Of a stretch of 20,000 bases of DNA, positions 10,405 through 19,625 are shown one piece after another. Position 1 is the first letter of the stretch. Each line of letters begins with the position of its first letter. The position numbers and the translations under genes were made by a program. The notes beneath the pieces are model-generated. The model made no database searches. It was not told where the DNA came from and worked only from the letters and a program-made list of their open reading frames with translations. Origin of the DNA: Chiloscyllium plagiosum (lineage: Eukaryota); contig NC_057757.1 in NCBI RefSeq assembly GCF_004010195.1, positions 8,569,276 through 8,589,275 of the forward strand, read 5' to 3'.

Positions 10405-10795
10405 TCTGAAATCTAATCGAGGAGTTAGGTGTTGGATTATATATGGAATAACAGGCACCCGGGAGTGAGTCAGAGACTGGAATCTAATTGACGGGATCAG
10501 GGTGGTTTATATATGGAATAACAGATGCCCGGGAGTAAGTTACAGACTGGAATCTAAGCAAGGGATTGGAAATCTATGGAATAACAGATATCTAGCAGTG
10601 AGATACAGACCGGAATGTAATCAATGGATCATTCGAATTGTTTATAAAAAAAGACACCCAAGTGTGAGTTACATAATGGTATCGAGTTGAGGGGTTTGAG
10701 GTAGTGAATGTACATAGTCACAGATCTGTGGGAGTGAGTTACTATTGGAATCCTATCGATGGGTTCGGGGTCGTTGTAAATAGAATAACAAAGAG
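10405..10795. repeat. ~70-bp tandem repeat (GGAATAACAGAT.CCCGGGAGTGAGTTACAGACTGGAATCTAAT.GAGGGGTTC.GGGTGGTTTATATAT), about 6 units
   Basis: ATATGGAATAACAG at 10441 and 10511 (period 70), with further degenerate units to ~10795. Also present at 6945-7185, 7975-8140 and 11445-11600. Confidence 0.88.
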
Positions 10796-11610
10796 CGTTT
10801 TCAGGTTTTATATATTTGAGTCTCTCATATATTTGGAGCTTGGAAAGTAAGGCAAACATTGCTGGGTAATTGCTGAGGTTCTGCCTCAGATTATCACTGC
10901 TCTCAGAGAGTCTCCGAGATATAATTCTCTTTCTCTGACATATTTCTATATTTCCATCAAATGTGTCTGTACTTCGCTCTGTGTGATGTTTTGTTTGTGT
11001 GTGTGTGTCTGTGTGTGTCTGTGTCTGTGTATGTGTCTGAGTCTGTGAGTGTCTGTGTCTGTGTGCCTGTGTCTGTGTCTGCGTCTGACTGAGTGAGCAT
11101 ATCTGTGTGAATGATAGATTGTGTCAGTGCGTGTCCCGGTTGAGTATCAATGATTCCTGATGAACTCCTGACGCTCTCTCACACACATTCTCTCCACACT
11201 CTAACTCACGCTCACTCAAACTTACTCACATTCACTCACATTCATTCACAGACTGACACGGATGCACAGATACTCACAGACCTGCCCAAACACTCTGACG
11301 TGCACTGACACACACTCATACATCACATTTTCACGTCCAGTGACTCTCGCTCATAAATTACCCCCCACACACAGACATATGCCAATTACTCTCATCCTCG
11401 CTCACTCCTCCACATTTGATATGTTCAAGGGATTTACAAATCAACCCACGAGTGAGTTACAGTCAGGAATCTATTTGAGGGCTCCAGGGGGATTTATATA
11501 AGGAACAACAGAGTCAGAAGAAAGTTACAGACAGGAATCTTATTGTGTGTTTCAAGGTGTTTTTCAGGTAGCATAACAGTTACCTGGTAGTGAGTTACTG
11601 AGATGATAGA
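10490..11610. repeat. Local segmental repeat, copy C
   Basis: Direct-orientation homologue of 6940-8145, lacking ~200 bp (about 7253-7455) at ~10860. Confidence 0.9.
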
Positions 11611-12525
11611 AATGGGAGATTTAGTGTAAGGTTATGAGTAAAAGGTAGAATTGGTCCGCATCAGTAAATGGGGGAATTAGTTGAAGGGTATGAGTAAATG
11701 GGAGAATTATTATAGGGGTATGAATAAATGGCAGAATTGGTGGGCATCAGTAAATGGGAGACAGGGTAGAGGGGTATGGGTAAATGGGGAATTGGTATAA
11801 GGATATGAATAAATGGTAGAATTGGTGGGAATCAGTAAATGGGAGAATTAGTTTAGGGGTATGAGTAAATGGGAGAATTTGTGGGCATCAGTAAATGGGA
11901 AATTTAGTATAGAGTATAAGTAAATAGGAGAAATAGTATAGAGTTATGGGAAAATGGGAGAATTGGTGGCATATAGGAGAATTGGAGTAGGGCACTCCTG
12001 AATGGTAGATTAGGGATATGGCATCAGTAAATGGGACAATTAGTATAGGGGCATGAATAAATATTAGAATTGGTGGCCATCAGTAAATGGGAGAATTAAT
12101 ATAGGTATATGAGTAAGTGGGAGAATTAGTAGAGGGATATGAGTTAATGGGATAATTGGTGGGCAGCAGTAAATTGGAGAATTGGTGGTCTTCCATAAGT
12201 GGGCGAAGTAGTATAGGTGTATGAGTAAATGGGAGAATTAGTAGATGGATATAAGTAAATGGCAGAATGGGTGGGGATCAGTAAATTGGAGAATTAGTAG
12301 AGGGTCATCAGTGAATGGGAGAATTAATACAGGGTGTGAGTAAACGGGAAAATTGGTGGGCATCTGCAAATGAGAGAAATAGTATAGGGGTTTGAGTAAG
12401 TGGGAGAGCTGGTGGCCATCAGTAAAAAGGAAAATTAGTTGAGGGGTATGAGTAAATAGGAGTGTTAGTATAGGTGTGTGTGTGTAAATGGGAGAACTAG
12501 TATAGGGTTATGAAAAAATGGGAGG
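11610..12525. repeat. Purine-rich satellite of 30-bp and 26-bp subunits sharing AGTAAATGGGAGAATT
   Basis: Units AGTAAATGGGAGAATTAGTATAGGGGTATG (30 bp) and AGTAAATGGGAGAATTGGTGGGCATC (26 bp), often alternating; about 30 units. Confidence 0.92.
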
Positions 12526-12527
12526 AT

Positions 12528-12568
12528 TGTTGTGGTTCTGTTCGCCGAGCTGGGAGTTTGTGTTGAAA
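12528..12568. mobile_element. Possible short terminus of another interspersed (Penelope-type) repeat
   Basis: GTTGTGGTTCTGTTCGCCGAGCTGGGAGTTTGTGTTG resembles, from memory only, a shark repeat end. No corroboration inside the window. Confidence 0.3.
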
Positions 12569-12994
12569 AGCGCTGTTGAGACATGTTTCCCTCTCCTGTG
12601 CTGACAGGATTCTTGATCCATAACTGAATCTTTCTCTGTTCCTATCCCCAGGTTAACATTGTACCATTTAGTCTGCATTGTCCCTCCTCAGTCTTTGGAG
12701 AGTTAGTGCTGACTCAATGAGCCAGAAGGCCTTTCTCGGCATTGCAGGAATGAACATAAATTGATTTATGAATAATCTTGACCGCACCACAATTATAAAA
12801 GTGAGGGCTAACTGCGGCTGGGTGGGAGAGGGGAGATGCTTGGGTGATTTGAGAAACTGGTGCTCTCTGAACTGACCTTGCATTGAAAATTCAATGCCAT
12901 GGGAGAGATGATAGCCTCTTGAGAGAATTGCTAAGACCATTAATCCAGAGATCAGTGTTCTGTGGAGATAAGTTTAATCTTTGCTCTAGTGGTA

Positions 12995-13615
12995 TGTAGT
13001 GGGACAAAGGGAACTTAGTGTTCAGGTGCACGGTTCTCTGAAAGTGGAATCAGAGGTAGACAGGGCAGTGAAGAAGGTTTTTGGCACATTGACCTTCCCA
13101 ACTGCGTCAGTATAGCAGTTGGGAAGCTATGTTGCAGTTGTACAGGAATTGGTGAGGCCACATTTGGAGTATTGTGTTCAGTTTTGGTCACCTTGTTACA
13201 GGAAGGATTTTATTAAACTGGAAAGAGTGCAGAAGAACTTTACAAGGAAGTTGCCTGGTCTCAACTGTCTGAGTTATAGGGAGAGGTTGGCCAAGCTATG
13301 ACATTTTTCTTCAGCGCATAGGAGACTGAGGGGCGAACTTATAGAGGGGTAAAAGATCATGAGAGGCATGGACTAGGCAAATGCACTCAGTCTTTTTCCG
13401 AGGGTTGGGTAATCGAGAACTAGAGATCATCAGTTTAAGGTTAGGGGGAAAGAATAAAAGGAAATGTGAGGGGCAATTTTTTATTAAAAAAAGGGTGGTA
13501 TGCATATAGAATGAGCTTCCAGTGAAAGTGGCTAAGGCGGGTGCATTAACAACATTTAAAAGGCATTTAGACAAATACATAGATAGGAGAAAGACAGTGA
13601 GCCAAGGACATAGCA
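12995..13615 (+). mobile_element. CR1 LINE ORF2 C-terminal fragment
   Basis: LVRPHLEYCVQFWSPCYRKDFIKLERVQKNFTRKLPGL..LSYRERL, then TTFKRHLDKY. Confidence 0.9.
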
Positions 13616-14134
13616 AAGTTCCTGTGCATTTGGCACTATCAGTGCCCAGGGAAGCAGGGAACATCCTAAATGTGCTCGCTGGACTCTGGACGTTGTCCAA
13701 ATAAGGTTGTTTCCTTCGAGTAGGTATCTGTTACCCAAAATATTTCTTCACCTGTCACATGACTAGCTCGCTCTTTACGAAAGAGAAACTTCTCCTGAAT
13801 TGAGCTCCCAATAATTTATTGAACATTGGCTGGTAGTGGGCAATATCTGCTTATAGCGATGGACCCATCAATCAGCAAAACAAACTTCCCATTGGCAGCT
13901 CACATCTTTTCCATTCCCTCCTCGATATCGGTCAATTTGACATTTACCTGGGTTGATCCCTTTCGTTTCATCAGCTCCGAATATCACATCGATGCTTTGT
14001 TTTAACACGGCAGGCATAAGTAAGATTTCAGCAATGGCATGGGGTATTCATTGATTTTGCTGCAAACTCAGCGATCTGGTAACCCAAATAGCTGAAAGCA
14101 AATTTCCAAAAATGCTCAAATTTAAAACCAAAAC

Positions 14135-14245
14135 AGCTGCCGATACTGTAGAAACAGAAATCCTGGAAAAGCTCAGCAGGTCTGGCAGCATCTGTGGAGA
14201 GAAATCGTTAACGTTTCAGGTCGAGTGACCCTTCCTCAGAATTGA
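14135..14245 (-). mobile_element. Penelope-like pseudo-LTR fragment (copy 1 of a tandem pair)
   Basis: Minus strand CAGATGCTGCCAGACCTGCTGAGCTTTTCCAG matches the Penelope 3' end at ~16757-16790 and is preceded by a hammerhead core. Confidence 0.82.
14206..14243 (-). ncRNA. Minimal type I hammerhead ribozyme motif (Penelope type), helix I degenerate
   Basis: Minus strand AATT-CTGAGGA-A-GGGTC-ACTC-GACCT-GAAAC-GT-T-AACG: CUGANGA box at 14239-14233, helix II hairpin, GAAA box, palindromic ACGU in place of helix III. Confidence 0.7.
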
Positions 14246-14327
14246 TGGCAGCTATAATGTTTTGAATTTAGAATCGGTGCGAACACCAAAACATGTCTGG
14301 GCAGCTTGCACACATTAAAATAAAACA

Positions 14328-14437
14328 GATATGCCAAAGATCTGAAAGGAAAACAGAATTTTTTGGAAAAACTCAGCAGGTATGGCAGTATCTGTTGAGA
14401 GAGCAAACAGATTTCAGTTCAGTGACCCTTCTGCAGC
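14328..14437 (-). mobile_element. Penelope-like pseudo-LTR fragment (copy 2 of the pair, more decayed)
   Basis: GGAAAAACTCAGCAGGTATGGCAGTATCTGTTGAGAGA..TTTCAGTTCAGTGACCCTTCTGCAG is a direct repeat of 14165-14239. Confidence 0.78.
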
Positions 14438-14664
14438 CTTTTAGCAACTGTGTGGCTCTTTACTGAGCACAAGCAGGATTCTGGGTAATCCAATATGGAG
14501 GACAGGAAACAATTGTGGCTGTAAGAGCTGCTCCTTTTTTGAGGTATTTATTAAGTACTGGAGCTGATGTCCACAAATTCTAGGAGCAGTAATTACTGTT
14601 TAATAAGCTGCTGCATTGTTTTGGAACTTTGGAGAGAAAAAATCAAAATAAAGGACAAAATGAC

Positions 14665-14831
14665 AATATTTAAATAACATCTGGAGGGGTACATGAATAG
14701 GAAGGGTTCGGAGGGATATGGACCAAGTGCTGGCAAATGGGACTGGATTAATTTTTGGACATCAGGTCAGCAAGGATGATTTGGACTTCGTTTGTTTCTG
14801 TTTCTGTGTTGCACCTTTCTATGACTCTATA
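14665..14831 (+). mobile_element. CR1 LINE 3' end with TCTATGACTCTAT tail
   Basis: GGGTACATGAATAGGAAGGGTTCGGAGGGATATGG..GTGCTGGCAAATGGGACTGGATT is a reverse-complement homologue of 1423-1590. Confidence 0.85.
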
Positions 14832-14833
14832 AT

Positions 14834-15110
14834 CACTGTGGCTCAGTGGTTAGCACTGCTGCCTCACAACATCAGGTTCGCAGGTTTGATTCCAGCCTCG
14901 GCAACCCCCTGTGTGGGTTTCCTCCGGGTGGTCTGATTTCCTTCCACAGTCCACAGATGTGCAGGTCAGGTGAATTGGCCATGCAAAGTTGCCTGTAGTG
15001 TTAGGTGCATTAATCAGAGGGGAATGGGTCTGGGTGGGTTACTCTTTGGAGGGTTGGTGTGGACTTGTTGGGCTAAAGGGTCTGCTTCCACACTGTAGGG
15101 AATCTAATCA
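14834..15110 (+). mobile_element. tRNA-derived SINE (shark HE1-like), internally deleted
   Basis: GTGGCTCAGTGGTTAGCACTGCTGCCTCACA, GGTTTGATTCC (B box), ending CTTCCACACTGTAGGGAATCTAATC. Confidence 0.88.
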
Positions 15111-15439
15111 ATTCCATGAATATTATTTCATCTCAAGCCAGAAATACGAGCCGTGACCGTTGCATGTCTTAGCGCTATATGTTTGGTCCTGTGCATTTGC
15201 AGACAGACTGCATAACCAAGAGGATTTCCCTTCTCCTGTACATACACAATGCCTGGTGTGAACTAACAACAATATACAACGAGATTCCGGAGGAGATCAG
15301 AAACAAAGATATGCCTGAGGCTAAGATAAAGTGATGGTGCAACCCGAAAATCTTGTTAACAACCACTGCCCCATTGGAGGGAGTTTACCAAACCCAAAGC
15401 CAAAAGCCCTACTCACTAGATTTTGGACAAATGCCATTG

Positions 15440-15790
15440 TAAAATATAGGAGTTTTGAGGGGCGTGACAGGGTCAGTGCTGAGAGGATGTTTCCCCTCAT
15501 GGGATAGTCTAGTCCCAGAGGGCACAGTTTCAGAATAAAGGGGCACCAATTTAAGACTCAGATGAGAAGCAATTTCTTCTCTCAGAATGTTGTGAGTCTT
15601 TGGAACTCCTGGGCACAGAGAGCTGCAGGGACCGAGTCCTCATGTGTATTTAAGGCTGAGATCAATAGATTCTCAATCAGCAGGAGAATCAAGGATTATC
15701 AGGGAAAGGGGAGGGAAATAGACATGAGGAGTATGGGTCTGCCACGATCCTATGGAATGGGAGTAGCAGGCTCAAGGGCCTGAACAGCCG
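15440..15790 (+). mobile_element. CR1 LINE 3' fragment
   Basis: MRSNFFSQNVVSLWNS..VFKAEINRF..IKDY (CR1 ORF2 C-terminus), then 3' UTR GCAGGCTCAAGGGCCTGAACAGCC. Confidence 0.87.
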
Positions 15791-15791
15791 A

Positions 15792-16822
15792 CAATGTGAT
15801 CAACGGTGCCCTCAACCGTGTCTCCTCCATTTCCCACACCTCTGCTCTCGAAACTCAGATGCTCCCAATCCCAAAAAGGATAGAATCTCCCTGGTCCTCA
15901 CATTCCTATCTATCAATCTCCAAATCCAGCATACCAACTTTGCCATTTTTTCAACCTTCAGTCAGACCCACCAACAAAAATATATTTTTTACCCCACCTC
16001 TATTTGCGTTCCATAGGGACCGCTCCCTCTGTGACTCCCTCATTAGGTTCACACTCCCCACCAACCCCCCGCCACTCCACACATCTGGCACCTTCCCCTG
16101 CCACCATAAGAGGTGCAAAACCTGCGCCCACACCTCCCCCCTCACCTCCAACCAAGGCCTTGAAGGGTCATTGCAAATTAGACAGAGATTTACTTGTACA
16201 TCCTCCAACCTCATTGACTGCATCCAGTAATCTCAATGTGTGTCTCCTGTACTTGGAAGAGTCCAAGCGCACGCTTGCAAAATGGTTCAGAGAACATCTT
16301 CAGGGAATGCATTAACAAATCACGCCTTACCGTGGGCATCCACGTCAACTCCCCTTCCCCCTCTCCTGAGGACATGTCCATTCTAGGCCTCCCTTACCAC
16401 CAACATGAGGCTGCCCACAAACTGGAGGAGGAACACCTCATCTTCTGCCACAGAACCCTACAACTACACAGCATCAACATTGAGTTTGCCGGTTTCCAAA
16501 TCAACCCTCCCCCCTCCCACTCCATCCCAGATCCAACTCTCTAACTCAGCACAACGCTCTTGACCTGAACTAACCTGACCATCTTCCTTCCCACCTATCC
16601 GTTCCACCCTTCCTTTCGACCTATCACATTCACCTCCTACATCCTCCTACCTTTACCAAACCCCACCTTCCCTTCCTCCCATTTATCTCTCAGCCCCTTC
16701 CCCCTCCCCAGCCCTGAAGAAGTGTCCTGCTCTAACCATCAATGTTCCTGTTCCTCAGATGCTGCCTGACCTGCTGTGCCTTTTCCAGCACCACCCTTTA
16801 TCACTGCAGCCTCAATGTCTCC
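15792..16822 (+). mobile_element. Penelope-like retroelement 3' part: GIY-YIG endonuclease region, C-rich 3' UTR and terminal repeat; decayed
   Basis: AFHRDRSLCDSLI, GTFPCHHKRCKTCAH (Cys-rich linker), FTCTSSNLIDCI, then CLLYLEESKRTLAKWFREHL (degenerate YIGET..R..RF.EH) and KLEEEHLIF..TLQLHSINIEF. Contains stops and frameshifts. Confidence 0.9.
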
Positions 16823-17371
16823 CCCACCCTCCCCACCACCCCATTTCTTATGGTCTTCAGTGGGCTGTACCTAAACCCTGATGTCTGCTGTGCCAGTAGT
16901 TGATATATACCACACTCCTTCCCAGAAGGCAGCTGTGTTTTCTGCCAGTTGTAGGCCAGATATTGCCTTGGAAAAGTGCCCTAAACTGGGAGGTGAGTCT
17001 GTCTTCAGTTGCCAGTGAGTTGGAAGGTGAAATTTGGTTTGGGCTTTGCCACATTTCATGGTTAATTTCCAACCGTGGGAAAACAAAGATATGATTTGCG
17101 AATAGCAACTTCTCTCTTGGTTTTGTGATTTGTTTTGTTCTCAAACAAATGGAGATAACACAACGCAAACTAAGATATAATCTGTTCAACTTGATGGACC
17201 TAATAACAGGGAAAAATAAAGACGGGGTTTGGAGGAATGCAAGAAGGGGTTTCAAGAGTTGAAATCCAATAGAAACGCATTATTTTCCCAATATTTGTGC
17301 AAATGATGATGCACGGATACATACATACTGCGATCATCTTGTTTTATATGGATACATGTACATACATATGT

Positions 17372-17450
17372 TGCAGAACCTCAGCACGTCTGGCAGTCTC
17401 TGTAAGAAAAGAAACAGAGTAAACATTTGGAGTCTGATCTGGTTCTTATT
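17372..17450 (-). mobile_element. Decayed Penelope-like pseudo-LTR fragment
   Basis: CTCAGCACGTCTGGCAGTCTCTGTAAGAAAAGAAACAGAGTAAACATTT is similar to 14172-14216. Confidence 0.6.
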
Positions 17451-17624
17451 GCATCATCCTGTTGCATCGTTTTCATTTTGCTGGGGTCCACCTTGAATTT
17501 TTCGAGCTTTCTTCAAAGAGTGGCCAGGGATCAGAGTAACAGATCGTCACTGAGACATCCAACCCCTTCTCCCAGGGACCGGTCTATTTTGGGAAAGAAT
17601 CACAACAAGAATTTGTGTATAAAC

Positions 17625-18450
17625 AGAGAGAAGAGGAGCAGGAGCAGGCCATTCGGCCCTTCCAGCCTGCACCACCATTCATTATGCTCATCACCGATCC
17701 TCCAACCCCATCACCTGTTACTGCTTTCCCCAACAAACCCTTTGATCCTTTTAACTCCAAGACCGAATCTAACTCCTTTCTGAAAGCATTCAATGTTCAG
17801 ACCTCAATCATTTTCTGTGCTAGAGAATACCACAGGCCCAACACTCTCTGGATGAAGACATTTCTCCTCATCCTTAGACTGTGACTCCTGGTTCTGGACT
17901 CCCAAGACATCGGGAAGATCCTTCCTGCGTTTACACTGTCTAGTCATGTGTGCACAGCCAAGACCACCGCGGAAGCCAATCTCCCATTCATAGACTCCAT
18001 CTACCCTCCCTGTGGTTGCAGAAAGGCTGTCAACATCATCAAAGATCCCTCCCACCCTGTAATACTCTCTCGCAACCAATTGTGCCAGGCAGAAGATACA
18101 GAAGCTTAAACACACACAGCAACAGGTACAAGAACATTATTAGACCACTGAATGGACCTCTCTCATTTCAAATCACATGTCCATCTTGCATTGACCATCT
18201 CTTTTACCATGTATACATCGCTCTGTGAACACCCTATGAACTGTATGTCCTTGTTTGTGATAATCTGCCTGTAATGCTTACAAAATAAAACTTTTCACTG
18301 TACTTATGTACATGTGACAATAATAAATCAAATCAAATCAAAGTCCCATTTGAATTTGATAGGATTCTATGATGTCCCCTCTCATTCTTCTAATATCCAG
18401 CGAGTATCGGCCTAATCGATCTAGTATCTCTTCGTACAACAGCCTTACCG
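17625..18450 (-). mobile_element. CR1 LINE 3' fragment split by a Rex1/Babar insertion (parts 17625-17945 and 18343-18450)
   Basis: AGGAGCAGGAGCAGGCCATTCGGCCCTTC 3' UTR; minus frame NAFRKELDSVLELKG. After the insertion it continues with TCCCCTCTCATTCTTCTAA (RRMRGD region). Confidence 0.82.
17946..18341 (+). mobile_element. Rex1/Babar-clade LINE 3' end with (AAATC)n tail
   Basis: TAKTTAEANLPFIDSIY..RKAVNIIKDPSHP, then PGRRYRSLNTHSNRYKN (Rex1-type C-terminus); tail AATAAATCAAATCAAATCAA. AGTC at 17942-17945 and 18342-18345. Confidence 0.82.
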
Positions 18451-18703
18451 TGTGCAAAATGAACATATATTACTGGCTGACCCTGAGATTGACTAAAGCA
18501 GCTAAGATCCCTGAGCCAAGTCATTGTTCAAACTCCATCTATAGACTATCTCTCCTTATAGAAAGGGTTTCTTCCAAGTCCAAAAACATGATGAGATATC
18601 TGAATTCACATTCCACCTGCTTCTTATCAGAAAGTAGAACATGATGTAAACAGGGGAATGCACTGGAGAATGCATGGCAACATTAGACATTGGCGAGATT
18701 AGT

Positions 18704-19599
18704 TCACAAGATTATTTTGGCCATCGCAGTGCAAGGATATTTTACTCCATTGCAAAACTCCTCTCGAAACTTCTTCTGGGTCACTGCATAAATAAATGTG
18801 TTTGTGCAGCAGCTCAGAAGCTGCAGCATGAATCCCAGCTCCCGTACGAATGTTGGCACAGGAACAGGATATCGCAAGTAATCCAGTTGTCCCAGTACTG
18901 AATAAGACATGAAGACCACCCACAGCAGAATGAAGTTGGCTGATATAACAAAGAGCAAAATGATGGATTTCCTTCGATTCTCCAGCTCTGGGTCATTGGG
19001 ATTCTCTCCACTTCTCTGACCTCGGAGTCTACTGCGGGCTCTGCTGGCCTGTACAATATGCCTGACTGTTAATGCATTAAACAGGAGAATCAAGAGAAAT
19101 GGAATAAATGGTGTTATAATGTAATGTGTTAATTCAACAACAGCCCATGCCATTGAAAGCGATACACCGAATGCTACACGGCAAAACCAGGAACTGTTTG
19201 AAAGCCAGTACTCAGTGGTGTACAGAAAATACCAAAATATGTTCTTCAAAAAGCTCAGCACCGTCACAATTCCCAGAATCACATCTGCCGTACTGGCTGT
19301 GCAATATTTCGATTTCAATTTCTGGCAACAAATGGCAACAAAACGATCAAAGGTGAACGTGACTGTGAACCAGACAGAACAGTCTGTGACTGAGTAAAGC
19401 AAGATGGCATGGATGTTACACAAACTGACATTCCTCAGGAAAATGAACTGCTCCCGGTAGACAATCGGAATCTGCCGCAGTATCAGATCAATGATGACAA
19501 CCAGTAGATCTGCAAGTGCCATAGCAACCAGGTAGCGAGTCACACATTTGGAGAGACCACACTTTCCCCGGGACAGGATGGCTATTGTCACCACATTAA
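18704..19599 (-). CDS. GPR139/GPR142-like class A GPCR, main coding exon (end of TM1 to stop); first exon not identified in the window
   Basis: Uninterrupted frame (V)NVVTIAILSRGKCGLSKCVTRYLVAMALADLLVVIID (TM2 LAD), C at the start of TM3, SVWFTVTFTFDRFVAIC (DRY-like DRF), TM5 HYIITPFIPF, TM6 NFILLW, TM7 SCCTNTFIY, then KKFREE; TGA at 18706-18704. Preceded on the minus strand by TTCTCTTCAATTTCCTCACAG. Confidence 0.93.
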
Positions 19600-19625
19600 C
19601 TGTGAGGAAATTGAAGAGAAGGAAA
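19600..19625 (-). other. Splice acceptor (polypyrimidine tract + CAG), phase-1 intron in TM1
   Basis: Minus strand reads TTTCCTTCTCTTCAATTTCCTCACAG|TT AAT GTG GTG, AG at 19601-19600. Exon length 896 = 2 + 298 codons. The track's MDNFLLFNFLT is intron sequence. Confidence 0.85.

Noticed and set aside
11610..12525. CRISPR-like repeat/spacer array
   Set aside because: The intervening sequences are themselves two recurring variants of 10-14 bp, there are no cas genes, and the context is vertebrate. It is a satellite.
12625..12720. Acceptor-like TTTCTCTGTTCCTATCCCCAG followed by VNIV, resembling the GPCR exon start
   Set aside because: Similarity ends after about 4 codons, the phase differs, and no SRGKCGLS or other GPCR motif follows.
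12895..12995. Possible decayed head of a second SINE family
   Set aside because: The resemblance is faint and from memory only; no recognisable A/B boxes.
13755..13830. Minus-strand peptide LLGAQFRRSF resembling GPCR helix 8
   Set aside because: No TM7 motif, and an in-frame stop lies just upstream; probably chance.
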